Origin: Squalus acanthias | Taxonomy: Eukaryota | DNA length: 64,000 nucleotides | Direction: 5' to 3' | Assembly (NCBI GenBank): GCA_030390025.1 | Contig: CM059425.1 | Location: 163,682,001-163,746,000, forward strand | Shown: positions 1 to 12,721 of the stretch, in pieces | Position numbering within the stretch: position 1 is the first letter of the stretch | How the letters are laid out: every line of letters starts with the position of its first letter | The notes under the pieces: model-generated | Told to the model about the DNA's origin: nothing | Seen by the model: the letters and a program-made list of their open reading frames with translations, nothing else | The model's database searches: none | Position numbers and translations under genes: made by a program

Positions 1-305
1 TTTGGCGACATCTTCCGAAAACATAGGGGCATGTTTTACATGTATGTTGATGAAACCCAGCTCTACTGCTTCTTTGTCAGGTTGCTCGTCTGACATCCAA
101 TTTTGAATGAGCTGCAAGTTTCTTCAGCTACAAATTAGAAGACTTAAGACATAATTTTCAGCTTCTGCCACAAACTCTGTACCCTTAACATAGATAGCAT
201 CCCCCTACCTGGCCCCAGCCTTGGATTGAACCAGATTGCTCGTAACCTAGACATCCTATTCTACCTCGAGCTGAGCTTACGGCCCCATATTCTCTCCATC
301 ACAAA
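1..305 (+). mobile_element. Degraded L2-type LINE RT fragment
   Basis: tacatgtatgttgatgaaacccagctctac encodes YMYVDETQLY, a decayed YADDTQLY motif, followed by L2-like sequence. Confidence 0.65.
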
Positions 306-481
306 GAACTACAGCTCATTGGTTTTAAGATTTCCAATTTGAGCCAGCTGCCTCACCTGCCCCTCCTGGCTGCACATGAAACAATAACTTTTTTTTTTTT
401 TTTTTATAAACTTACCCATTTATTGGGAGCTGCTGGTTAGTCTGCAACATTCGTCCTTTTTGCCCCAGTCACTACCCATAG

Positions 482-560
482 AATCAGTGGGGAGAAATCG
501 GTCCTCGCTGCGCCCATATTCAAATTGGCGCAACGAGGATCAATTTCTCCCTCACTGATT
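482..560. repeat. Short palindromic element (hairpin or collapsed MITE)
   Basis: Arms aatcagtggggagaaatcggtcctcgctgcgcc and ggcgcaacgaggatcaatttctccctcactgatt around a ~12-nt loop. Confidence 0.75.
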
Positions 561-884
561 TACAAGATAGTTGTACTTGTACACTGATGTCAACTTATGC
601 CGAATTTATTGCAAAACAGAAGGGCTCCTTTTTTGAATATTTGAAAATAATACAGGAAGGATTAACTGTAGGCACTTTAGACCAGTACTACCAATTTCCT
701 GGGTGGGGGGGGGGGGGGGGGAGAGGCGGAGAAGTGGAGTGGAATTTCTCTTCTAGGGCTGCCAACCATCAAAAACCACACTTTCCTTAAAAGATTAATG
801 GTAATTTTTATTTATCCAATATTCTTGTTTTATTTACTCATTTTGGTAACATTTGAAGCAGTATGCTGGTTAGCAAGCCATGGA

Positions 885-1105
885 GGAGGCAAGAAATGAC
901 AGCGAGTGAGCGGGAGAGAGGATAAACAAGTGAGCAGGAGCAAGGGAGAAAGGAGAAAGAGAAAAAAGTGAAAGACAGACACACAGGGCACGTGTATAAG
1001 CACAAAAGATAGCACAAAGAAGGGGAGAGACAGAGAAAACAAATGAAAAAGAATGCGAATGAATGATTCAAGAAACTCTACAGTAGAAAACAGTGGGGAG
1101 AGAAA
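885..1105 (+). repeat. Purine-rich (GA) low-complexity tract
   Basis: Runs of gaga/gaaa; explains the spurious F/L/S-rich minus-strand ORFs 830..1144 and 838..1071. Confidence 0.7.
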
Positions 1106-1165
1106 TACAACCCATATTGCTCTTGGGCTCCCAAAGAATGGCAAATCAGAAATTTAAATCATCAG

Positions 1166-1494
1166 CTTGATACAGCTAGTAGCACACTTGCTGAAAAGAA
1201 AGGTTGTGGATTCAAGCCCCACTCCAATATTTGAGCATATAACCTAGGCTGACAGTCTAGTGCAGTACGAAGGGTGTGCGGCATTGCGGTTGAAGCAAAA
1301 TCCGTCCAATGGTTCAGGCTGATGTTACGAAGCTATGTGAAGAATAAGGAGCTCTCCATATTCCAGCTATTTTCTTCCCTCAATTAACATGACCAAAAAT
1401 AAACCAACTTGCCATTCATCTCATTGCTGTTCATGAGATCACCCTGTGAAGTGCTTTAAGATGCACTTAAGGTGCTATATAAAGGCAAGTCTTT
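1166..1494 (+). mobile_element. tRNA-derived Deu-domain-like SINE, degraded
   Basis: B-box-like ggattcaagccc, body ttccctcaattaacat...catctcattgctgtt, and L2-type tail gtgctatataaaggcaagt shared with other copies in the window. Confidence 0.6.
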
Positions 1495-1827
1495 AAGGGA
1501 ATTTAAACTTTTTTTATTTATATATACAGGGTTATACTAGTTCTAATGATTTTAGTCTTAAAACCTTCTAGCAATTGTAACATTTCTAAGGAACTTTTAA
1601 AAACTTAATAGTAAAGCTTAAACTTTTTTCAATAAAGAAAATCTGAACAGCAAATTGGTCCTGCTCAAGTATATATGCTGCAACAAATGCGTCATTTAGG
1701 ATTTTTTTTTTTTTATAAACTCTTCCCTTCAGCACTAAATGATGGGAAAGTTTGTTTTAAAAATCCCTATTAGCAAACAAGGGATCAGAAATCAGGTTTA
1801 TGTCCATATGTCTCAAGTCCCTTATTT

Positions 1828-2667
1828 ATGAACATACAAACAATGACCGACAGGTAAAGACCCTCTAGTCCATCAAGCCTGTCCCATATAACTGCGATGC
1901 CTTGTGTATCACAATATATACTTTCCACCGCACCCGAAACCATGTGATCTCCTGGGAGAGGCGAAAAACCAGATTAAAAACCAGGCCAATTTTGGGGGGT
2001 GGGAGGGAATCTGGGAAATTCCTCTCCGACCCATCTACACGGTCGAAACTAGTTCAGATCACTCCGCCCCTGAATTCCCTGCAATACCTACCTTGTATAA
2101 GAGGTGATCTCCGCCCCAGCCAGAAACTGGTCCAGCTCCCACTTGAAGGATCAGCAAATCAGCATCCACCCACGAGATGCAACCTGTTCCAGAGGTTCAC
2201 TATTCTCTGGGAAAAGAACCACCTCCCGAGATCTAACCTAGATCTAGTCTTATACAACTTTAATTTGTGGTCCCTGGTCCTCCTCATACCTATTTACTTG
2301 GAACAAAATCTATTCCCTTCATTATCTTATAAACCTCAATCAGATCACCCCCCAAGTCTACGCTTCTCTATGGTATAGAGTCCCAACCCTTTTAGCCTAT
2401 CTTGATAACTAAGATGCTTTACACTGGGAATTAGTCTAGTGGCCCACCTCTGCGCCTTTTCCAAAGCCTTATCACCCACCATGTGAGGAGACCAAAACTG
2501 GACACAGTATTCCAAGTGAGGCCTGACCAAGGTCTTGAACAAAGACAAAATAGTATGCCTCGTCTTGTACTCAATTGTCTTATGGATACACCAACACCCT
2601 ATTCGCTCTAGCTATCGCTTCACAGCATTGCTCATGTAATTTGAGATGTATGCACTAGAATACACAA
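1828..2667 (-). mobile_element. CR1 LINE, 3' part (interrupted at ~2668)
   Basis: ORF 2345..2548 LVRPHLEYCVQFWSP...RLKGLGLY is a CR1 ORF2 C-terminus; 3' UTR ends near 1830. Confidence 0.9.
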
Positions 2668-5600
2668 ATCCCTAATTGCCCTCGAGAAGATGGTGGTGAA
2701 CCGCCTCCTTGAAATGCTGCAGTCCGTGTGGTGAAGGTACTCCCACAGTGCTGTTAGGTAGGGAGTTCCAGGATTTTGACCCAGCGACGATGAAGGATCA
2801 GTGATATATTGGCAAGTCAGGATGCCGTGTGACTTGGAGGGGAACTTGGACATGGTGGTGTTAGCATGCGTCTGCTGCCCTTGTCTGTGGAAGAGGTTGT
2901 GGGAGGTGCTGGCGAAGAAGCCTTGGCGAGTTGCTGCAGTACATCTTGTAGATGATGCACACTGCAGCCACGGTACGCTGGTGGTGGAGGGCGTGAATGT
3001 TTATGGTGGTGGATGGGGTGCCAATCTAGCGGGCTGCTTTGTCCTGGATGGTGTCAAGCTTCTTGTGTTGTTGGAGTGGCACTCATCCAGGCAAGTGGAG
3101 AGCATCCCATCACACTCCTGACTTGTACCTTGCAGATGGTTGAAAGGCTTTGGGGAGTCAGGTGAGACACACGCCGCAGAATACCTAGCTTCTGACCTGC
3201 TCTCGTTGCCACAGTATGTGCGGCTGGTCCAGTTAAGTTTCTGGTCAATGGTGAGCCCGCAGGATGTTGATGGTGGGGGATTTGAAAGTCAAGGGGTGGT
3301 GGTTAGACTCTTGCTTGTTGGAGATGGTCATTGCCTGGCACTTGTGTGCCGTGAATGTTACCTGCCAATTATCAGCCCAAGCCGGAATGTTGTCCAGGTC
3401 TTGTTGCATGCGGGTATGGACTGCTTCATTATCTGAGGGGTTGTGAATGGCGCTGAACACTGTGCAGTCATCAGCGAACATCCCCATTTCTGACCTTATG
3501 TTGGAGGGAAGGTCATTGATGAAGCAGCTGAAGATGGTTGGGCCTAGGAAAATGCCCCGAGGAACTCCTGCAGCGATGTCCTTGGGCTATGATTGACCTT
3601 CAACCACCACAACCATCTTCCTTTGTGCTAGGTATGACTCCAGCCAGTGGAGAGTTTTCCCCCCCGATTCCTATTGACTTCAGTTTTACTAGGGCTCCTT
3701 CATGTCACACCCAGTCAAATGCTGCCTTGATATCAAGGGCGGTCACTCTCACTTCTCTGGAATTCAGCTCCTTTGTCCATGTTTGGACCAAGGCTGTAAT
3801 GAGGTCAGGAGCCAAGTGGTCTTGGCGGATCCCAAAATGGGTATTAGTGAGCAGGTTATTGGTGAGTAAGTGCCGCTTGATAGCACTGTCGATGACACCT
3901 TCCATCACTTTGCTGATGATTGAGAGTAGACTGATGGGCGGTAATTGGCCGGATTGGATTTGTCCTGCTTTTTGTGGACAGGACATACCTGGGCAGTTTT
4001 CCACATTGCCGAATAGATGCCAGTGTTGTAGCTGTGCTGGAACAGCTTGGCTAGAGGCACGGCTAGTTTTGGAACACAAGTCTTCAGCACGATAGCTGGG
4101 ATGTTGTCGGGGCCCATAGCCTTTGCTGTATCCAGTGCGCTCAGCCGTTTCTTGATATCACGTGAAGTGACTCGAATTGCCTAAAGACTGGCTTCTGTGA
4201 TGGGGCGACCTCAGGAGTAGACCGATATAGATCATCCACTCGGCACTTCTGGCTGAAGAATGTTGCAAACGCTTCAGCCTTGTCTTTTGCACTCACGTGC
4301 TGGGCTCCACCATCATTGAGGATGGGAATATTCATGGAGCCGCCTCCTCCGGTTAGTTGTTTAATGGTCCACCACCATTCACGACTGGATGTGGCAGGAC
4401 TGCAGAGCTTTGACCTGATCCGTTGATTGTGAGATTGCTTAGCTCTGTCTATAGCATGCTGCTTCCGCTTTTTAGCATGCATGTAGTCCTGTGTTGCAGC
4501 TTCCTAAGGTTGGCACCTCATTTTTAGGTATGCCTGGTGCGGCTCCTGGCATGCTCTTCTACACTCCTTATTGAACCAGGGTTGGTCCCCTGGCTTGATG
4601 GTAATGGTAGAGTGAGGGATATGCCAGGCCATGAGGTTACAGATTGTGGTGGAATACAATTCTGCTGCTGATGGCCCACAGCGCCTCATGGATGCCCAGT
4701 TTTGAGCTGCTAGATCCATTCTAAATCTATCCCATTTAGCACGGTGGTAGTGCCACACAACACAATGGAGGGTGTCCTCAGTGTGAAGACTGGCCTTCGT
4801 CTCCACAATGACCGTGCGGTGGTCACTGCTACCAATACCATCATGGACAGATGCATCTGCGACCGGTAGATTGGTGAGGACGAGGTCAAGTAGGTTTTTC
4901 CCTCGTGTTGGTGTTCTCACCACCTGTCGCAGGCCCAGACTGGCAGCTATGTCTTTCAGGACTCGGCCAGCAGTGGTGCTACCGAGCCACTCTTGGTGAT
5001 GGACATTGAAGTCCCCCACCCAGAGTACATTCTGTGCCCTTGCTACTCAGTGCTTCTTCCAAGTGGTGTTCAACATGGAGGAGTACGGAGTCATCAGCTG
5101 AGGGAGGGTGCTAGGTGGTAACCAGCAGGTTTCCTTGCCCATGCTTGACCTGAAGCCATGAGACTTCATGGGGTTCAGAGTCAATGTTGACAACTCCCAG
5201 GGCCACTCCTTCCCCACTGTGCCGCTACCCCTGGTGGGTTTGTCCTGCCGGTGGGACAGGACATACCCAGGGATGGTGATGGAGAAGTTTGGGACATTGG
5301 CTGAAAGGTATGAATCTGTGAGTATGACTATGTCAGGCTGTTGCTTGACTAGTCTGTGGGACAGCTCCATCAATTGTGGCACAAGTCCCCAGATGTTGGC
5401 GAGGAGGACTTTGCAGGGTCGACTGAGCTGGGTGTGCTGTTGCAGTGTCCGTAGCCGGGTGGTCCGTCCGGTTTGATTCTTATTGTGTTTTGTAGCGGTT
5501 TGTTACAACTGAGTGACTTGCTGGGCCATTTCAGAGGGCAGTTAAGAGTCAACCACATAGCTGTGGGTCTGGAGTCACATATAGGCCAGACCAGGTAAGG

Positions 5601-5803
5601 ACGGCAGATATCCTTCCCTAAAGGACATTAGTGGTTTTTACGACAATCCGATACTTTCATGGTTACCATTACGGATACTAGCTTTTTATTCCAGATTTAT
5701 TTAATTAACTGAATTTAAATTCCCTAGCTGCCGTGGTGAGATTTGAACTCACCATGTCTCTGGATCTTTAGCCCAGTGACATTACCACTATACTACCATT
5801 CCC
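2668..5803 (-). mobile_element. Near-complete single-ORF LINE (APE endonuclease + RT; CR1/L2/jockey group, subclade unresolved) with tRNA-like 5' head; frameshifted
   Basis: EN motifs PDIVILTDSYL, GDFNVHH, LDLVLTN, SDH (ORFs 5047..5382, 4504..5019). RT motifs GPDNIP, NPANYRP, LDIKAAFD, MFADD (ORFs 3905..4117, 3705..4079, 3245..3487). A/B boxes at 5785-5795 and 5738-5750. Confidence 0.9.
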
Positions 5804-6512
5804 ATATTGCGCATTTGCCCTGCCTCCATGCTTAACACTGCACTTATCCATGTTATACACCATTTGCCAGTCATGAGCCCAATATCCCAACACATTAAGA
5901 TCTGCCTGAAGCAGACGAGCATCGTTTACAGTCTTAACACTCAGATTTTAATCATCTGCAAATCGTGCCCAAACACCTACATCCAGATCATTAATAAAAA
6001 TAGTAAAGAGCAACGGTCCCAAAACCAATCCCTGCAGGACACTACTGGTGACCGGTCTCCAAACAGATCCAAATCCATCTATAACAACTTTTTGCCTACA
6101 TCCTGCCAGCCAGTTCTCAATCCAGCTCAATATATTATCACTATCAAAAGCTTTTAGAAGTCGAAGTAGACAATCTCTACTGGGCTTCCCTCATCCACCA
6201 ACTTTTTAAACTTCCTTCAAAAAATACAAATTCGATTAAGACATGACCTCTGTTTTATGAAGCCATGTCAGGTGTCCCTAATATGTCGTCCTCTATCTAA
6301 GCATTCATATATTGCATCCCTAATAATTCCTTCAAATAGCTAACCTATTGCTGATGTCAAATTAATGGGCCTAGTGTTACTCAGGTCCATCTGGTCACCT
6401 TTTTTAAATATGGGGACTACATTAGCCTCCTTCTAGTCTATAGGAACCATTCCAGAGTGCAGTGAGCCATTAAAAACATAGGCTAGGGGCTCGCACATTA
6501 TCTATTAGCTCC
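5804..6512 (-). mobile_element. CR1 LINE RT fragment, upstream continuation of 1828-2667
   Basis: ORF 5948..6130 WIENWL...QGLVLGPLLFTIFINDLD...FADD; same orientation and collinear with the piece across the nested LINE. Confidence 0.88.
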
Positions 6513-7519
6513 TTTTAAATTTAAATTAAAAAAAGTAAAATTTTGAAGCATTTTCCTTTTATTCCCAGTTTTAAAATTTTATGTTTAAAAAAATTCCAAG
6601 CAATATAATGGTGTTCAGCCCCTTATCACTATGGGATTTTTGAAAAGCTTTCTCTCTTCTTTGCCCTTTCACCCTCAACATTAAAGGGACCAGCCATGGG
6701 TAACATGATTCTAAGGAACTATCAAAAGATTGCAAACCGTCAATTATAAAAAAGAGGCAACACTCTAGTCTTACGATAACAATAATGCCAAGTTGCATAA
6801 TTTTAAGAATTATCTTTTAATTTAAGGCCATTTTCTTTAAAAAATGTATAATCTGGAGATTGGCAATAGATATTACAATATGATCCTGGCAATAACTGAC
6901 ATTTAACCAAATGAGGATGAAGAACTTTTGAGTTTCTCAAATACTGCACTTTTGTGCCACATAAGGATGTAATAGTTCTACAATTCCTACCATATGTAGA
7001 CATCTGCAAGATTTTTTTTTTTTTTAATTTCAAAGACAATCCTGCAGGGAAACCGGCATCCGTGAATGAACAAGAGCGACTTCACAATCTATGCATTAAT
7101 TTAGTATACCTTTAATACTAAATGTTATAGGTAACTTATAAGTCAAGGTTCCCAATCTTGCTTGCTACCCAGCAATTCCTGCTGGAAAGTGACAAGTGTG
7201 GACATTAGATAACAGCAAGATCAGACTCAGTTGTGGCACTCCCAAGGTTCAACTGCCCAAGCAAACTCGCTGACTAAACTGATACACAAGTGGCCATTTT
7301 TTTTTTTAATGGAAGGTACTGGAATAGTTGGTGCCATGGAACAGTTTCCCATTACTGGGAGGTGGGGTTTAAGCACGCTGAAGTTTTTTGTATTTACATG
7401 TTAGTTTTCATCATATATTTGGGTACCGCAGTAGCAGTAGTAGCAAAGGTCACTATTTTTTTAACAATTTTTACTAAATACATAGTAGCAAGAGACAGAA
7501 GGATAAATCGGGTTACTAT

Positions 7520-8740
7520 GGTCTAGCATCAGCTGTGGAAAAACTCAATCCATAATTCCAGATAAAATTAGTGAGCGTTCAGGAATATGTGAGTTAATCA
7601 AAGACAGCCAGCATGGATATTAAAGGCAAGTCAGGTTTGACAAATTTAATTAGATTTTTTTGTTGTGACTGACAAATGTAGCAGCTGTAGCAGCATGGAT
7701 AAAATGTAAGTTGATGTACAGCAAACAGAGTTAGGGTAAATGGATGTTGCTCAGACTGGAAGTTGTGTAACTCAGGAGTCAGTACTGGGTCCACTTTTAT
7801 TCTTGGTATAGGTAGATGATTTGGACTTGGGTATAGGTAACACAATCGAGAAATGCTGATGACAAAACTTGACAGTTTGAAAAACAGCAAGGAGGGCTTT
7901 AAAAGATATCAGGAAGACAGACAGGTTAACAGAATGGGCAGACACATGGCAGACAACGTTCCTGCTAAGCTGCACGGCCTCTGGAGGTCCCGTGCAGGCC
8001 ACTCACCAGCTTCTTAATGCAAGAAACTGCGCATGCGCAAAAACTTGAATGGGCCACCCAAAAAAAAATTCACAGGGAACATTGATGGCAGATTCAATTT
8101 AATTTGGATAAGTGTGTAGTAATACATTGCGAGGAAAAGCAAGGAATGAGTGCATACACTTAATGGAAAGACACCAAAGGGTGTGGATGAACAGACACAC
8201 CTAGGAGTTCAAATAAATATACAATACCCTGAAGGTGCAAAGGTTGGTAGATAAAGGCCAACAACATTTTGGGTTTCATAAATAGGAACGAGAGTAGAAG
8301 AGAAAGTTGTAGGAAATTATAACTAGGCCACAGTTAGAATACTGTGTGCAGTTTTGGGTGCTCCATTACAGAAAGGACGTTAAAGCCAGAGATAGTAAAG
8401 TTGACGCTAGGGATGGGAACCTATAGTTATGATAAGAGACTTGAAATATTAGGACAATTTCCACTGAAGCAGAGAAGGAAGATAGGAAATTTAAATCGAG
8501 GTTTATAAGATTAAGAGTTTTGATAGCGAATAAGGAGTGGCTATTTTCTTTGGTTGGGGACCATCAATTTAAAATCGTCACCAACAATGAGGAGGGGTTG
8601 AGATTTTTTTTTAATGCAGAGGGCTGTTGGTGCATTGACTTCTTTGCCACAAGGTGTGGATGAGGCAGAGGCCATTGTATCTTTTAATGGAAAAGTTGTT
8701 AGTATTTCAAAGAGGAAGATACAGCAATTAGCTAGCAGAG
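7520..8740 (+). mobile_element. Old degraded CR1 LINE fragment
   Basis: cagccagcatggat (SQHG), aggccacagttagaatactgtgtgcagttttgg (RPQLEYCVQFW); many indels. Confidence 0.8.
7954..8084. mobile_element. 131-bp hAT-type MITE with 8-bp TSD
   Basis: Termini CAACGTTCC...GGAACATTG; exact direct repeat ATGGCAGA at 7946-7953 and 8085-8092. Confidence 0.85.
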
Positions 8741-10171
8741 ACTATTAAATTTTCCATTAAGAGAAAGAAATCCAGATAAAAAATTGTGTGTTCTAAATGT
8801 CATGAAAAGGAAGCACAGGTGCTGTTAAGGGTGTCTAAATGTGCAAGGTAAAAATTAAAGTAGTTCATTTGAATTAACAACCGCTCCTTCTCTGTTGTGA
8901 AACTTGCCTGAAATAAAGCTTTAAAAATTCAATCTCCAGTTTGCCTTGAAGTCCTTCAAGGAAAAAAGATCAAATCCTCACAGGATGAAGGCAGACAACC
9001 TCTACTTCAACTTGGAAACCTGCATGCTGGGAATTTCTGCAAACTACACATGCTCAGAATACACCGATGTAGATAGTAGCTCCCTTCAAATGTTCTCAGG
9101 AAAAAATATCCATCTAAAGCCTAAGCTGCTGAGCCAGGCTGAGACCTTGAAGTAGACTCTTCAAAGATGGTATTAAAAGACATTGCAATGGTTGTTCAGA
9201 ATTGGCGATTTTCCCCAAGTCCTTAGCAGTTTCTCATTGGTAGCTTTCGAGCCACTTTCCTGCCATTTTATCCATACTTTCCTTGCCTCTTCGGTTCAGA
9301 TTTCCTGCTATTTTACTTTGATTAACAAAGTGTGATGGGGAACGTGCGACGCAAAGCAATACTTGCATGCTGTGTGCAAGACTTTTAATGCACAGATATA
9401 AATACAAAAGCGCACAGTACTTTCATCTTAGCCAGTGTTTCTCTGTACTTCTATTATTTTGCCATTTCCACCATTTTTAATTCCTGCAATAACTATGAAA
9501 CCATATTTATACTGTTAATATTTTTCACTGCCATTTCATTTAATTTTGTTCAATCATGCCCCACTACAGGGACAAAAATACTATTTAATTTTAATACACT
9601 GATTAAATTCCAATTTTACCTCTAAAACCAAAGCACAATTCAGTAGTCCCTACGTAAAGGCTCAGCTATTCACAACCAGCGTACTGCTCTTGTAGCATTT
9701 TTGAGTTCAGTACAATTCAAATATGGTTGTACTCCCATCAACTTGTTACTTATTTATAGTGATAATAGGAGGCAATATTCAACCCAAAACCATAATTTTG
9801 CTTAAATTATAAAAATACCTGAAGTCCGAGCTCTGGGTCAACAAGTGTAAATGTATGTATGCCTGGTTGATGTGTTGATTTAGACATGTGCCAGATTGCC
9901 AGTATAATCTGACAACAGAACCTGAAAATGCTAATTATGGGCACTTTTTTTTCATCTGTCCTCCCCATACCAACTATCAACAGTTTTAGAAAGTTCTACA
10001 AGAAAACTTCACTATAAGTATGTAGTGGAGTGGCCAAACTATTAAAAAAAGGTACACATGCATATCGATGATGAGCACAGAATACAACATTGTGTGGGTA
10101 ATTTTCAACTTCACCACCTGGATGGTAACCTGCTGAGTGGATGGTTCGCCCTTTATAGAAGAAACTTGATT

Positions 10172-11226
10172 TTCATAGGATTACATAGGATATACGGCAC
10201 AGAAACAGGCCATTGAGCCCAACCAGTCCATGCCGGCGTTTATGCTCCACACGAGCCTCCTCCAGTCTTTCCTCATCTAAATCTATCAGCATAACTCTAT
10301 TCCCTTTTCCCTCATGCTTGTCTAGCCTCCCCTTAAATGTATCTATACTATTCGCTTCAACCACTCCTTGTGGTAGCGAGTTCCACATTTTCACCACTCT
10401 TTGGGTAAAGAAGTTTCTTCTGAATTCCCTATTGGATTTCTTGGTGACTATCTTATATTGATGGCCTCTAGTTATGCTCTTCCTCACAAGTGGAAACATT
10501 CCCTCTGTATCCACTATCAAAATTTTTCATAATTTTAAAGACCTCTATTAGGTCACCCCTCAGCCTTCTTTTTTCAAGAGAAAAGAGACCCAGCCTGTTC
10601 ATCCTTTCCTGATATGTATCCCCTCGCATTTCTGGTATCATCCTTGTAAATCTTCTCTGCACCCTCGCCAGTGCCTCTATATCCTTTTTATAATATGGCG
10701 ACCAGAACTGTACGCAGTACTCTAAGTGGGGTCTAACCCAGGTTAGATACAGGTTTAGCATAACTTCCCTACTTTTCAATTCTATCCCTCTAGAAATAAA
10801 CCCAAGTGCTTGGTTTCCTTTTTTTTTTATGGCCTTGCTAACCTGTGTCGCTACTTTGTGATTTGTGTATTTGTACTCAGAGATCCCCTTGTTCCTCTAC
10901 CCCATCTAGACTCGCACCCTCCAAGTAATGTGACCTCCCTATTCTTCCTACCAAAACGTGACCTCCCTATTCTTCCTACCAAAACGTAACACCTCACATT
11001 TATGTATTGAACTTAATTTGCCAATTATATGCCCATTCTGCAAGTTTATTAATGTCCTCCTGTAACTTGTTGCAGTCCTCCTCAGTATTGACTATCCCCC
11101 CCCAATTTGGTGTCATCCACAAATTTAGAAATTGTGTTTTTGATTTTGAAGTCTAAATTGTTAATGTAAATTGTGAACAGCAGTGGTCCCAGCACTGATC
11201 CTTGTGGACCACCACTACCCACCTTC
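10172..11226 (-). mobile_element. CR1 LINE, 5'-truncated with intact 3' end
   Basis: ORFs 10468..10779 and 10173..10520 (RPHLEYCVQFWSP, RRLRGDLIEVFK, FFTQRVV); tail (cctatgtaat/cctatg); internal ~29-bp tandem duplication at ~10930-10988. Confidence 0.92.
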
Positions 11227-11618
11227 CATTGATTACAATTAAATGAAATTCAGGCGGGGTCAACAGGCAGATGTTGCGCTCAGCCAGGTTAACACCCTGG
11301 AAACAAAGTTCAAAATTAACCCACGCCTGAGCATTAATGAGGTATGATTTCCAATCTGCTGTATTCCAGATTTTGTCACCTATCTTTTCAACATTGTGAT
11401 ACAGCATTAGCTTGCATAAATTGCCTTGTTTATAAACAGCAGTAGAAAGAGGCTTTAAAATTAATCACTGATTGATGAGGATCTGCTTTTCTTGGAAATG
11501 AAGCAGCTAGTTGACCAAAACCATGAACTTTAACCAAATAAATACCCAAAATGAAATAACATCCCCTTGGCGCAGAAATTATTCCAAGAGAAAGCAAACA
11601 AACTGCAATGGTTCAGAA

Positions 11619-11965
11619 TAGGTTATCAATCCTCTAGGATTGTTCTGAAGTCTCCAGGAATTAAAGATTAATCTCCAGGACATTGTTACATGCAACCCAG
11701 GAGAAAAATCATAGGGACATTAAAAAAAATGTGCATGAGTTTTTAATTTTTTGAACATTTGTTATAAAAATATTGGAAACAAATTAAAAAGGCTGTTTGA
11801 CAGTCAAGCATCATCCAATCAGGTAATTTGCTTTCCAATTGGTGTGGGAAGGCAGTGCTCTGCAAGGATAGATGCGTCGGGTGACCAATGGCGAGTGTGT
11901 GGAGGTGGGAGGCGGGAGATCATGTAATGAAGCCTCCAGGAATATGTGCAGAGTTGGCAACCCTA
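11619..11965. mobile_element. Probable hAT (Tip100-like) non-autonomous DNA transposon
   Basis: Right end gttggcaacccta (TAGGGTTGCCAAC-type TIR) and degenerate left end taggttatcaatcc; no TSD seen. Confidence 0.5.
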
Positions 11966-12721
11966 CCTGTTAAATTCAGCAAGGAAATTTAAAAAAAGAA
12001 AGCCTCCTCCCACTGAAATATGTCAACCTTCATCAATAGCAATAACTACACAAGTGTGCAGTTATTTAAGATTTCAAAATGCTATGCAATTCGTGAAGCA
12101 CCATCACGTAATAAAGCATTTAAACATTGCATAACTCAAATTGAAAAATGTAAAAAAAACTCTTCAGGTGCAAGAATTATCCAATTTAAGCCTTCCTCTA
12201 CTCTATAGCAAGTGCAGCATTGTGCTCTCTACTTGCTAAGCAGCTGCATCATTTTAATAAGCTCTTTTCACACAAAAAATGGCAGTAGATGTCTACATAT
12301 GGAAAGCTCCAATCTCAACTATACTGTTAGAAGCACCAAGCAACCAAAAGCAAAGCATTTACTCCTACAAACAGGGTATTGGTCTCTGGTCACTTTCTCC
12401 AGTAATTGACTGAACCAAGGGAACCAGCAATTTATCCTTTATGTGGTAGAATACGCTGGATGTAGAAACCAAAAAGGGGAAAAAAAAATTAATTTAGAAA
12501 AAAGAACTTGCATTCCTCAGGATGTCACAAAATACTTCATAACCAGTTACATTAAGTGCAATCACGGTTACTTGGGTAAAAGTGACAGCCAATCTGCACG
12601 CAACACAAACAGAATACGAGACGTCATGTTTCTGGATTGCAGATCATTTCATTTCTTCCCTGAAAGGACTGAATTAGTTTAGAAGACTTGCATTTCTATA
12701 GCACCTTTCACAACCTCAGAA

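Noticed and set aside
830..1144. Hydrophobic 104-aa ORF resembling a membrane protein
   Set aside because: Translation of a GA-rich low-complexity tract.
5735..5803. Stand-alone tRNA gene
   Set aside because: Acceptor and anticodon arms are degenerate and the sequence is fused to a retroposon; it is a tRNA-derived head.
6803..7039. ORF ending ...ENGLKLKDNS as a possible next ELL2 exon (expected VANLN.KD.SY...DWPGY)
   Set aside because: A stop follows immediately, and there is no DWPGY motif or fitting splice sites. I found no convincing next exon in 1-16863.
8940..9420. Coding-looking unique stretch with a weak AHSMQ (hAT CxAH-like) resemblance on the minus strand
   Set aside because: Stops in the candidate frames and no further motifs; cannot be assigned.
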